A DNA stretch of 32,000 nt from Adlercreutzia muris (GTDB lineage: Bacteria > Actinomycetota > Coriobacteriia > Coriobacteriales > Eggerthellaceae), in the NCBI RefSeq assembly GCF_008831045.1, contig NZ_WAJS01000006.1, positions 5,513 through 37,512 of the forward strand, in the 5' to 3' direction. The translations under genes and the position numbers were made by a program. Each line of letters starts with the position of its first letter. Within the stretch, counting starts at the first letter, position 1. Below the pieces are notes generated by a model that worked only from the letters and a program-made list of their open reading frames with translations, was not told the origin of the DNA and made no database searches. Below are positions 1 through 7,561 of this stretch, in pieces.

Positions 1-30
1 AACCGGCTCGCCTTTTTCTTGTCTTCTGAG

Positions 31-85
31 TCTGTAACAAATATTTACAGATTTACGAGAAAACTGAAAAAATCTGTTACAGATT
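31..85. promoter_or_regulatory. two operator-like inverted repeats sharing TCTGT/ACAGA half-sites
   Basis: 31-51 is TCTGTAA-N7-TTACAGA with perfect 7-bp arms. 71-85 is AATCTGT-T-ACAGATT with perfect 7-bp arms. Both lie in an AT-rich non-coding stretch at the window edge; the target gene is probably off-window. Confidence 0.35.
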
Positions 86-164
86 CAGAAGAAGAACTTT
101 GCCGTTGCCAAACGATGAGGGTGGCCTGCGAGCTCGATGTGGCTTGATAAGGCAGGGAGCGCAT

Positions 165-1172
165 TTACCGCATGAATGCGTCGGCTTCTTCCAAGTCGCG
201 GGCTTCGCAAGGGATTGGCGTCTTTTCTTCGACCGCGCGTTGGGTGCGCTTCTTCTCGGCGCGCAGGGGCAGGTACTCGCTGATGACGATGCCGGCGAAG
301 ATGAGGGCGAAGCCGGCGAACAACGACGGCGTGAGCACTTCGCCGAGCAGGGCGATGGAGAACACCACGCCGAAGACGCATTCGGTGGAGAGGAAGAGCG
401 ACGCCTGGGCGGGATCGACCCGGGCCACGGCGGCGTTCTGGAGGCCGAGGGCGATGCATGAGGCGAAGACGGTCAGGTAGGCGAGGCTCACCCAGGTATC
501 GGGTGCCAGGTGCGCGAAATCCGGCGTCGGCTCGGTGAGGGCTCCGGCGGCAAAGCCGAGGATGCCGGCCGCTATGAATTGGATGACCGTGAGCACCGTC
601 ATGGAACGGCCGGGGGCGAACTTGGCCGTGTACAGCACGTGCAGGCTGAGGAAGAGCGCCGAGAGCAGCGTGACGAGATCGCCGAAGCGCAGCGAGAACG
701 CGCCGGCGCCCGTGTAGGAGACGCAGGCGACGCCGGCTGTGCAGGCGAGCGCCGCCACGATGTTGAACCGCGTAGGTTTCTTCCGGATGACGAACCAGCT
801 GAAAAACGGGATGATGACCACGTACAGCGTGGTGAGAAACGAGCTGTTGGAGGCAGTAGTGTCGGTGAGTCCCGAGGAGTTCGCCCAGTAGGAGAGGAAA
901 AGCAGCACGCCGAGCACGGCTCCATCGCGCAGATGGCCCGCGCCGTCGGCGGCCAGGCGGTCGCGTAGCTTGCGGAAGCTGACGAGGCCGAGGATGATTC
1001 CCGCGCCCGTGAAGCGCACGCCCACGAGCCAGGAAGGCGGGAACTCGTCTACGGTGGATTTAATGACGACCGTGCCCATGCCCCAGATGGCCGCCGCAAC
1101 GAGCAGCGCCGCTTTGTAGGCCCACGAGGGCAGCCCGTTTTGTTTGAGCTGAGAAAACATAGTGCCGAGCAT
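165..1172 (-). CDS. EamA/DMT-family (drug/metabolite) transporter, about 10 TM
   Basis: The ORF 165..1352 was trimmed to the internal ATG at 1172 (MLGTMFSQLK...). From that point the protein is hydrophobic and has the two-EamA-repeat look (AAAIWGMGTVVIK..., FLSYWANS..., ALGLQNAAV...). The upstream 60 codons are polar junk running into the tRNA promoter. Confidence 0.75.
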   Translation of the reverse strand: MLGTMFSQLKQNGLPSWAYKAALLVAAAIWGMGTVVIKSTVDEFPPSWLVGVRFTGAGIILGLVSFRKLRDRLAADGAGHLRDGAVLGVLLFLSYWANSSGLTDTTASNSSFLTTLYVVIIPFFSWFVIRKKPTRFNIVAALACTAGVACVSYTGAGAFSLRFGDLVTLLSALFLSLHVLYTAKFAPGRSMTVLTVIQFIAAGILGFAAGALTEPTPDFAHLAPDTWVSLAYLTVFASCIALGLQNAAVARVDPAQASLFLSTECVFGVVFSIALLGEVLTPSLFAGFALIFAGIVISEYLPLRAEKKRTQRAVEEKTPIPCEARDLEEADAFMR

Positions 1173-1302
1173 GATAGCACGGCAGCCGTGCGCGGTGCGA
1201 GAAGGTGGGGCAATCCTGAGCTGTCTCGGCTGGTGCACGAGAGGCTTTCGCGGGCTATATATGCAGGAATTGTGCCCTTTTCTGTAAAGTGTTGCTGCTG
1301 GC

Positions 1303-1330
1303 TTGCAATCGTCGCCCAAACGAGTAATAT
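1303..1330 (+). promoter_or_regulatory. sigma70-like promoter for the tRNA-Met gene
   Basis: TTGCAA (1303-1308), a 16-nt spacer, then TAATAT (1325-1330), about 28 nt upstream of the tRNA 5' end. Confidence 0.5.
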
Positions 1331-1357
1331 AAATCCTTGCCCATTGAGGCAACCCAT

Positions 1358-1435
1358 TGCGGGGTGGAGCAGTCTGGTCAGCTCGTCGGGCTCATAACCC
1401 GAAGGTCGTCGGTTCAAATCCGGCCCCCGCGACCA
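1358..1435 (+). tRNA. tRNA-Met (anticodon CAT), initiator type, CCA encoded
   Basis: Cloverleaf read by hand: acceptor TGCGGGG/CCCCGCG, D arm GAGC..GCTC, anticodon loop CTCATAA, T arm GTCGG-TTCAAAT-CCGGC, then A73-CCA. Three consecutive G:C pairs (GGG/CCC) close the anticodon stem, the initiator hallmark. The sequence is near-identical to the E. coli tRNA-fMet body as I recall it. Confidence 0.9.
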
Positions 1436-1445
1436 AGAATTGTCG

Positions 1446-1473
1446 GCCGCCGAGTTCGCTCGGCGGCTTTTTT
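1446..1473 (+). terminator. rho-independent terminator after the tRNA
   Basis: GCCGCCGAG-TTCG-CTCGGCGGC (9-bp perfect stem) followed by TTTTTT. Confidence 0.8.
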
Positions 1474-1568
1474 GTTAGAGCGTAGGCGTTGCGATGGGCA
1501 TGGGGGAGACATTCTGGCCGGGGCTTAGTTGGGCATAGCAGTAGGTACTCTCACTGCAAGGAGCCCTC

Positions 1569-2537
1569 ATGAGCGACATCGAGATCTACGAATCACCCGA
1601 TGGCGAGATTCGCCTGAATGTCCAGCTTGAAGACGAGACCGTTTGGCTGACCCAACGACAGATGTCTGCTCTTTTCGGACGTGATAAGTCAACCATCTCA
1701 AGGCATATTCAGAGTGTGTTTGATGACGGCGAGCTTGAAGCCGATTCAACTGTTGCAAATTTTGCAACAGTTCAAATCGAGGGCGGTCGTGAGGTCGAAC
1801 GCATTGTTGAGCACTACAATCTCGACATGATAATCTCTGTCGGCTATCGGGTAAAATCCCAGCAAGGTGTTGCCTTTCGTCAATGGGCGACCAAGATTCT
1901 CAAGGAGTACGCCGTTAAAGGATTTGCGCTTGATGATCGTCGACTCAAAGATGGTCGTAGTCGCTATTTCCGCGAGTTGCTTCAGCGCGTGCGCGACATT
2001 CGCTCCAGCGAACGCAATCTTTATCAGCAAGTGACGGACATTTACGCCACGGCGATTGACTACGATCCCAAAGCGTCCATCACTCGCACGTTCTTCGCAA
2101 CGGTGCAGAACAAGCTGCACTATGCGGCTCATGAGCACACGGCGGCTGAAGTTATTTACGAACGCGTTGATCGCGATAAGCCGCTGGTGGGCATGACCAC
2201 GTTCGACGGCGACTACGTGACGCGGGCTGACGTTCGCATCGCCAAAAACTATCTCACCGAAAAAGAGTTGCAAACGCTCAACCTGCTCGTGTCCCGTTTT
2301 CTCGATTACGCGGAATTGCAAGCGTTGGAAGAGCGCACCATGACCATGCAGGACTGGATTGAGGAGCTCGACCGAGAGATCATCAACTCGCGGCGCGCGT
2401 TGCTCGAAGGCAAGGGGCTCGTATCGCACAAGCAGGCCATTCAGAAGGCGGAAGCAGAATTTGAGGCGTACCGTGCCCGCGAGATGCGCGAACTGGAGAG
2501 CGATTTCGATCGTGCCATCAAGCAACTAGAGGGGTAG
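1569..2537 (+). CDS. RhuM-family (virulence-associated) protein
   Basis: AAGGAG Shine-Dalgarno. The N-terminus (IEIYESPDGEIRLNVQLEDETVWLTQRQMSALFGRDKSTISRHI...) and the core (MIISVGYRVKSQQGVAFRQWATKILKEY) match the conserved RhuM-family signature from memory. Confidence 0.75.
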   Translation: MSDIEIYESPDGEIRLNVQLEDETVWLTQRQMSALFGRDKSTISRHIQSVFDDGELEADSTVANFATVQIEGGREVERIVEHYNLDMIISVGYRVKSQQGVAFRQWATKILKEYAVKGFALDDRRLKDGRSRYFRELLQRVRDIRSSERNLYQQVTDIYATAIDYDPKASITRTFFATVQNKLHYAAHEHTAAEVIYERVDRDKPLVGMTTFDGDYVTRADVRIAKNYLTEKELQTLNLLVSRFLDYAELQALEERTMTMQDWIEELDREIINSRRALLEGKGLVSHKQAIQKAEAEFEAYRAREMRELESDFDRAIKQLEG

Positions 2538-2767
2538 CGGCCCATCGTTCGTTCGAGAGCCTGTATCGGCTGAACTCACGAGCCAGGGGGCTCGGGACAA
2601 GTTTTGGACGCGTTGAGACATTTGTTCCGGAGATTTCCGCGAAGTCCCCCTCCTCATCCTGTGCCGCCGCCTAAGCCGTGTGGTTGGGAGATGTTCCTGT
2701 TCGGCTTCCTGTTGTTCGTATCGACTTAATATGGGAAGATATTCAGCGTAAACGGACAAAAGGGGTG

Positions 2768-3358
2768 ATGGGCGTGCAAGCTATCGTCGACTTGGCGGAA
2801 TCGAACGGCGGTCTGGTGACGACGGCGCAGGTTGTGGGCGCTGGGATTCCCCGAGCGCGAATCTCGGACATGGTGAAGACGGGCGATCTTGAGCGTGTGC
2901 AGCGCGGTGTCTACTGTTTGGCAGGCGCATGGGAAGACGAATTCCTTGCCACCCAACTCCGTTTCCCCAAAGGCATCCTCTCGGACGGAACTGCGCTCTA
3001 TCTCCACGGTTACGCCGATCGCGTGCCGTTTCAACTCACGATGACCTTCCCGCGCTCGTACGGGGCGACCAAGGCGCGCGAGGCGGGCATCGAGGTGCGC
3101 ACGTGTGCGGATGAGGTGCTCGGTCTGGGACTCACGGCGATCAGGACCCCGTACGGTAACGAGGTGAGCGCCTACGATCTGGAGCGCACGCTCTGCGACA
3201 TCGTCCGGGGACGTCGTGTCGTTGACGTGCAGGTGGTCAATCCGGCGATGAAGCAGTACGCCCGCAGCGGGGGGAAGGACGTTCAGAAGCTGCTGGATTA
3301 CGCGCAAGCACTCGGTGTAGAGAAAAAGATACGCAACTACTTGGAGGTGCTGCTGTGA
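2768..3358 (+). CDS. abiEi: AbiEi-family antitoxin/transcriptional regulator (type IV TA, abortive infection AbiE)
   Basis: Start taken at ATG 2768 (AAAGGGG Shine-Dalgarno). The N-terminal wHTH motif is GGLVTTAQVVGAGIPRARISDMVKTGDLERVQRGVYCL. The stop overlaps the next gene's start as GTGA. A paralogous decayed copy lies at 7558-8145. Confidence 0.8.
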   Translation: MGVQAIVDLAESNGGLVTTAQVVGAGIPRARISDMVKTGDLERVQRGVYCLAGAWEDEFLATQLRFPKGILSDGTALYLHGYADRVPFQLTMTFPRSYGATKAREAGIEVRTCADEVLGLGLTAIRTPYGNEVSAYDLERTLCDIVRGRRVVDVQVVNPAMKQYARSGGKDVQKLLDYAQALGVEKKIRNYLEVLL

Positions 3359-4200
3359 GGACCAAAAATGCAATGCAGCTCAAGGCTATTATTGGCAATC
3401 GCGCCAAGGAGAGCGGGGTACCGCCGCAGTTGGTGATGCAGAACTATCTGCTCGAGAGGTTGCTCGAGCGGATATCTCTCTCATTGTGGCGGAACAAGGT
3501 CGTCGTCAAGGGAGGCATGCTCATCAGCTCGCTGGTGGGGGTTGATAGGCGAAGTACCAAGGACCTCGACGCGACAGTTCGCGGCTTCCCGCTTACCCAC
3601 GAGAGCGCAGAGAGGGCATTCCGCGAGATTGCGGCTGTAGAGGCTGATGACGACTTTTCGTTTGAGTTCGTCCGCACTGAGGATATTCGCGAGGCCGACG
3701 ACTACCCAGGTATACGCGTGCACCTATTGGCCAGCTATGACAAGATGCGTTCGCCTGTCACCGTCGATGTGACTACAGGAGACAAAATTACGCCCGATGC
3801 TGTTGAGTACAGCTACCCACTCATGTTTGACAACCGCTCGCTCTCGCTCATGGCCTACCCGCTCCCTACTACGCTGGCGGAAAAGCTGGAGACGGTTGTG
3901 AGCCGCGGTATCGCGAACACGCGGCCGCGCGACTACTACGACCTGCGCACGCTCTGGCTCACAAGGAAGGCGGAGGTGGAACTGGGTGTGCTCCGGGATG
4001 CCCTTGCGGCTACGTCTGAGAAGCGCGGCTCATTTGGCGGGATGGGTCGCTACCGTGAGGTGATGGCTGAGGTAACTTCTGACGCTGTCATGCAGGATCG
4101 ATGGACGGCGTATGCCCATAGGTATCCGTATGTTGGAAGCATGACCCTCGCTGAGGCGTGCGAGACAGTTGTGGCGATCATGGAGGATATCAGCTGGTAG
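3355..4200 (+). CDS. abiEii: AbiEii/AbiGii-family nucleotidyltransferase toxin (DUF1814)
   Basis: GTG start overlaps the abiEi stop. The N-terminus is NAMQLKAIIGNRAKESGVPPQLVMQNYLLERLLERIS...KGGMLISS...RSTKDLD, typical of AbiEii. The same GTGA junction and N-terminus are conserved in the decayed copy at 7561. Confidence 0.8.
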   Translation: MRTKNAMQLKAIIGNRAKESGVPPQLVMQNYLLERLLERISLSLWRNKVVVKGGMLISSLVGVDRRSTKDLDATVRGFPLTHESAERAFREIAAVEADDDFSFEFVRTEDIREADDYPGIRVHLLASYDKMRSPVTVDVTTGDKITPDAVEYSYPLMFDNRSLSLMAYPLPTTLAEKLETVVSRGIANTRPRDYYDLRTLWLTRKAEVELGVLRDALAATSEKRGSFGGMGRYREVMAEVTSDAVMQDRWTAYAHRYPYVGSMTLAEACETVVAIMEDISW

Positions 4201-4285
4201 GCGCGCTTGCGAATTTGCAGACACCCCCACCGCAGTGACGCGGCACGGAGGCGATGCAACGCGGATCCAAGGTATGGGAAGGAAC

Positions 4286-4756
4286 TTACTTCACCACGGC
4301 GAGGTTCACGCTGGCGAGCAGGCCGGGGATGCTGCGCACGGCGGAGCGGTTCCATTCCTTGGCGCGGTCGGGTAGCTCCTCCCAGGGCACCAGGTAGGGG
4401 CTGCGCTTATGCTCCACGTCCTTGGAAGAACCGTAGCGCCAGCCGGCCTTCTGCCGCTCGCGCAGCCAACGGCGATGCTCCAGAATAGCGAGGCACTCCA
4501 CTTCGCTGGCCGTGAAGGCGGCCACGCAGCGATCGGGATAGCAGCTGCCGGCGGGGAGCACCTCGTAGCCGAGGGTGTCCAGCTTGCGGTGGATGCTGCT
4601 GATGTAGGCGATGGATGAATCGCGCAGGTCGGCAGGAAGGCTGGCAAAAGTGGCGAACTCCTGGTCGGCCTGGGAGGCGATGCGGTCGGCGGTATAGCGC
4701 TGGAACGAGGTGTGCGCCAGCTCGGTGATGACGTCGGTTTTGCCCGCTAATGTCAT
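4286..4756 (-). CDS. RyR (ryanodine-receptor-type) domain protein, two half-repeats
   Basis: The C-terminal half is ECLAILEHRRWLRERQKAGWRYGSSKDVEHKRSPYLVPWEELPDRAKEWNRSAVRSIPGLL, which fits the bacterial RyR (PF02026-like) consensus EH.RW...GW.YG...D...K..P.LVPW.EL....K..NR. The N-terminal half shows the related LP..LR.S.I..I..I..KL..LGY motif. Confidence 0.7.
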   Translation of the reverse strand: MTLAGKTDVITELAHTSFQRYTADRIASQADQEFATFASLPADLRDSSIAYISSIHRKLDTLGYEVLPAGSCYPDRCVAAFTASEVECLAILEHRRWLRERQKAGWRYGSSKDVEHKRSPYLVPWEELPDRAKEWNRSAVRSIPGLLASVNLAVVK

Positions 4757-4921
4757 CGTACTTTCTATTGCAAATGAGTTTTGACGGAGCGCTCTCGGCC
4801 TGATGACTGGTGAAATATTGCTTGGCGGCTTTTACCAAGCCTCCTTTGGTTCATAGATCGATACCCATATTTTCATTAAGGTTATGCAAGGATGCTAAGT
4901 GTTTCGTTTGTCTACTGAGCG

Positions 4922-6253
4922 TCACAGAGCGATTCCATCCTTGACGAGGAGTTCGCGGAGTACATGCGGCGGTGTGGAGGGATTTGAGGCAACGCCTATT
5001 TGTGTCCATGTGTCCAGAGAAAGCTCTTGGAGCACATCTTGCGGTGTGGAAGAATTCCTAGCGATGCATGGGCGTACGCGCCCCTCGCAATCACGTGACA
5101 GTTCGCGGAGCACATCCTGCGGAGCATGGGAGTTACATGCTACGCATCTGCGTACTGGCTCTTCGCTGTCGTGTGAGAGACTTCGGAGCACGTCCTGTGG
5201 TGCCGAGGAACTTCTGGCGGGTATACACCGCATTAGCAGGTCCTCGTCAAGCGAGAGTTCGCGGAGTAGATCGGAGGTAGCAGAAATCTTCTCCGCTGCA
5301 TGCAAGCGTACTTCTCTGAAGCGGTCGCGCATGAGATCCCGAAGTATGTCCCCTGATGCGTTTGGATTATCGGCGACGGCTCTCCGCACGTCCAGTTCAT
5401 TATCTTGGACGAGTATCTGAAGCAGTTCCTGCGGTGCGGAGGGGTTGCGCGCGACGTTACACCGCACGCGCTCGTCGACATCGCGATGCAAAAGGCGGAG
5501 CACGTCCTGGGGTGTGGTGGGATTGCACGCCAGGCTTCCACGTACTTCGGTGTCGCGAGAGAGCTCCCGGAGAACGTCCTGCGGCGCGGAGGGGTTGCGC
5601 GCGACGTTGATCCTCACTCTTTCGTCGACATCACGGTATAAAAGGCGAAATACGTCCTGCGGCGCAGATGGGTTTTCGCCGATACCCATGCGCACCCATT
5701 CGTCGCTATCACGCGCGAGCTCTCGCAGCACATCCTGGGGTGTGGAGGGATTCTGCGCGACTCCCGTGCGTACCAGATCCTCGTTGTCGTGAGAGAGTTC
5801 GCGAAGTATGTCTTCCGGTGCCGATAGGTTTTTTGCTACAGCCCATCGCACATCTGTGGTGCAATCGCTTGAGAGCTCACGGAGGATGTCCGGTGGGGTG
5901 GACGGGCTTTCGGCGATAGATGCGCGAGGCATCCAATCGCAATCGCGTGAGAGTTCACCAAGTAGATCTATTGAGGCAGAGTTGTTGCGAGTCACCGATT
6001 TTCGTACGTAGTGATCACTATCATGAGCAAGCTCCCAGAGTACCTCTTGTGGTGTATTGCGGTTTATAGCGATTCTCGTCCGCACCCCAGCGTTCCGGTC
6101 GTGTGAGAGTTCTCGGAGCGTATCCTCCGGTGTGTTGCGGTTTCCAGCGACGTTTTTCCGCACCTCTTCGTCCCAGTCGTGCGAGAGCGCCCGCAGTATG
6201 TCCTGCGGTGCATTGGGGTTCTGGGCAATTCCGTTTCGTAAATGGTGGTCCAT
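4922..6253 (-). CDS. alpha-solenoid repeat protein, about 17 tandem 26-aa LRV/HEAT-like repeats
   Basis: The ORF was trimmed to ATG 6253 (MDHHLRNGIAQNP..., GAGAGG Shine-Dalgarno). The repeat consensus is VRxxVAxNPSAPQDVLRELSRDxDxx, iterated from the N- to the C-terminus with a 78-nt DNA period. It resembles the leucine-rich-repeat-variant motif. Confidence 0.75.
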   Translation of the reverse strand: MDHHLRNGIAQNPNAPQDILRALSHDWDEEVRKNVAGNRNTPEDTLRELSHDRNAGVRTRIAINRNTPQEVLWELAHDSDHYVRKSVTRNNSASIDLLGELSRDCDWMPRASIAESPSTPPDILRELSSDCTTDVRWAVAKNLSAPEDILRELSHDNEDLVRTGVAQNPSTPQDVLRELARDSDEWVRMGIGENPSAPQDVFRLLYRDVDERVRINVARNPSAPQDVLRELSRDTEVRGSLACNPTTPQDVLRLLHRDVDERVRCNVARNPSAPQELLQILVQDNELDVRRAVADNPNASGDILRDLMRDRFREVRLHAAEKISATSDLLRELSLDEDLLMRCIPARSSSAPQDVLRSLSHDSEEPVRRCVACNSHAPQDVLRELSRDCEGRVRPCIARNSSTPQDVLQELSLDTWTQIGVASNPSTPPHVLRELLVKDGIAL

Positions 6254-6387
6254 GATGCCCGCCTCTCTGCTGCCTGGGATGTGTGGTGAAATGGCGATTC
6301 GTATTATACAATCACAGGGGAACAATTGCATGACGCGAGAGGGCTCGTCGATGTCCTTTTGAGTAATAAGCAGTTGAGGAAAGGGGT

Positions 6388-6972
6388 TTGGCAGAGATGC
6401 TCGAATCACTGCTTGAGACAGGAGCTGCGCGGCTCTACTCCTGCCTTCGTCGTTGGAGAACTGAACGTCGAAGGCGATATTTGAGAAATGCAATATATTT
6501 TGAGACCTCAAGTGAGCAAAATACGAGAACCAAGAAAAGGATAACTCGACTCCTTAAACAGAAGAAGAATATGGTTGCCGAGGATGCGTTCGTTGTCACG
6601 GGAATGCATGTAAACGCTAGTAATCTAGTCTATGAAGCAGCAGTTCTACGCGCGTTTTTTAATAACAAAACTGATCGATTCACTTTTCTTGAATGTACGC
6701 GAATTTTAGCTCTCTATGAGCATACTCTAATTGCCGAATTCGTGAAGTCGATGGGTTCTCGTAAAGAGCCTATTGATGCACTCGCCTTTTCTGGATTATA
6801 TAAGATACGATACAAATCGGGCTATATCCGCACTCGCTATGACGAGTGGGACGATGAGGAAATATTTGAAGAGTACTCCGGAATTAAGTTTGTTGAGGGC
6901 TCTTCGCTATCTTTCTGCGTTAACGGAACCGGGAAAGAGCTTGCAAGGATTCTATCGGAAGTTGACGTTTGA
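6388..6972 (+). CDS. hypothetical protein in AT-rich DNA, no recognisable domain
   Basis: The ORF is open from TTG 6388, with alternative ATG starts at 6397 and 6571. Hand-counted GC is about 33-45% for lines 6541-6720, against about 70% at 12001-12060. It is divergent from the solenoid gene. Confidence 0.45.
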   Translation: MAEMLESLLETGAARLYSCLRRWRTERRRRYLRNAIYFETSSEQNTRTKKRITRLLKQKKNMVAEDAFVVTGMHVNASNLVYEAAVLRAFFNNKTDRFTFLECTRILALYEHTLIAEFVKSMGSRKEPIDALAFSGLYKIRYKSGYIRTRYDEWDDEEIFEEYSGIKFVEGSSLSFCVNGTGKELARILSEVDV

Positions 6973-7039
6973 ACTTGAGTGGATGAAATATCCAATCCTC
7001 TCCAGTTATCGCGGAATTTGCAACAACTGAAGAGGAGCG

Positions 7040-7222
7040 ACTCGAACCGAGCAGGCCCAGACATTCGGCGCCCACGCCGGCGAAGAAGAGGATGCGGGTG
7101 TCTACCCAGTAGTCGACGGCTTTCGCCGCGGCCGAGCCCAGGGCGAAGCCCGCATCCATGGCGTTCACCTCGCGGGGGACCGCCCTGGCTTCTCGCTCGT
7201 GTTTGAAGCCGTAGTGGGGTGA
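7040..7222 (-). pseudogene. internal fragment of a DUF2148/ferredoxin-domain gene, paralog of 8375-8899
   Basis: The minus-strand translation HYGFKHEREARAVPREVNAMDAGFALGSAAAKAVDYWVDTRILFFAGVGAECLGLLGS aligns to the intact CGFATCGEKPASAPCEVNAVDVGIALGAAAAKAADYRVDTRIMFSAGVAAEHLGLLGE. Identity is 31/44 over the core by hand count. Both ends are missing and the Cys ligands are lost. Confidence 0.7.
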
Positions 7223-7226
7223 GGTG

Positions 7227-7561
7227 CTACCTCAAGTACGCCTTGATCACTCCCATAGCCTTCGTCACTGAATCGCAGGTTTCAGGGAATTCGATGCTGG
7301 CCGCATAGGAGTGTGTTTCCAGATATCTGGCCCATAACTTGGTAAGGCCTTCATCTTTTCGGACGGCGGAAAGCGTCTTTTCATAATCTGCGATGACATT
7401 CGCACCACCTCGTTTTTCATAGGTAGCAGCCAAAGCCTGCCCCAGTGTTTCGAGGTTGCATCGCATGCTTAACTTTGAAGCATGAGTTGGGGAGACACAT
7501 TTGCGTCGCGGGCCTTCTTTTTGATTATCGCTTTGAGCTGCATAGCATTGGTCGTTTTCAC
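7227..7561 (-). pseudogene. AbiEii toxin remnant with a large internal deletion
   Basis: The GTG at 7561 gives VKTTNAMQLKAIIKKKARDANVSPQLMLQS, then a stop. In another frame the C-terminal about 75 aa (ALAATYEKRGG...WARYLETHSYAASIEFPETCDSV) matches the tail of 3355-4200. About 175 codons, including the NTase core, are absent. Confidence 0.75.

Noticed and set aside
85-968. Multiple 60-150-aa ORFs in both orientations over the EamA gene
   Set aside because: All overlap the transporter CDS in other frames, with Arg/Pro/Ser-rich composition.
1173-1352. 5' extension of the EamA ORF; likewise the 6254-6511 extension of the solenoid ORF and the 8900-9412 extension of the DUF2148 ORF
   Set aside because: The extensions are non-homologous polar or Arg-rich sequence that runs through promoter regions or neighbouring genes. 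Internal starts with Shine-Dalgarno sites coincide with the onset of recognisable protein sequence.
1746-3373. Minus-strand ORFs 1746-2525 and 2726-3373; the same applies to 19232-20329 opposite the DUF4143 ATPase
   Set aside because: Each is antisense to a gene with a clear family signature (RhuM, AbiEi, ATPase) and has no motif or start signal of its own.
4899-6362. Ladder of plus-strand ORFs with their own repeat (…SRSTSCG…EEFLA…)
   Set aside because: These are reverse-complement images of the 78-nt solenoid repeat. Their periodicity is inherited from the minus-strand gene, and the ORFs are broken into several frames.
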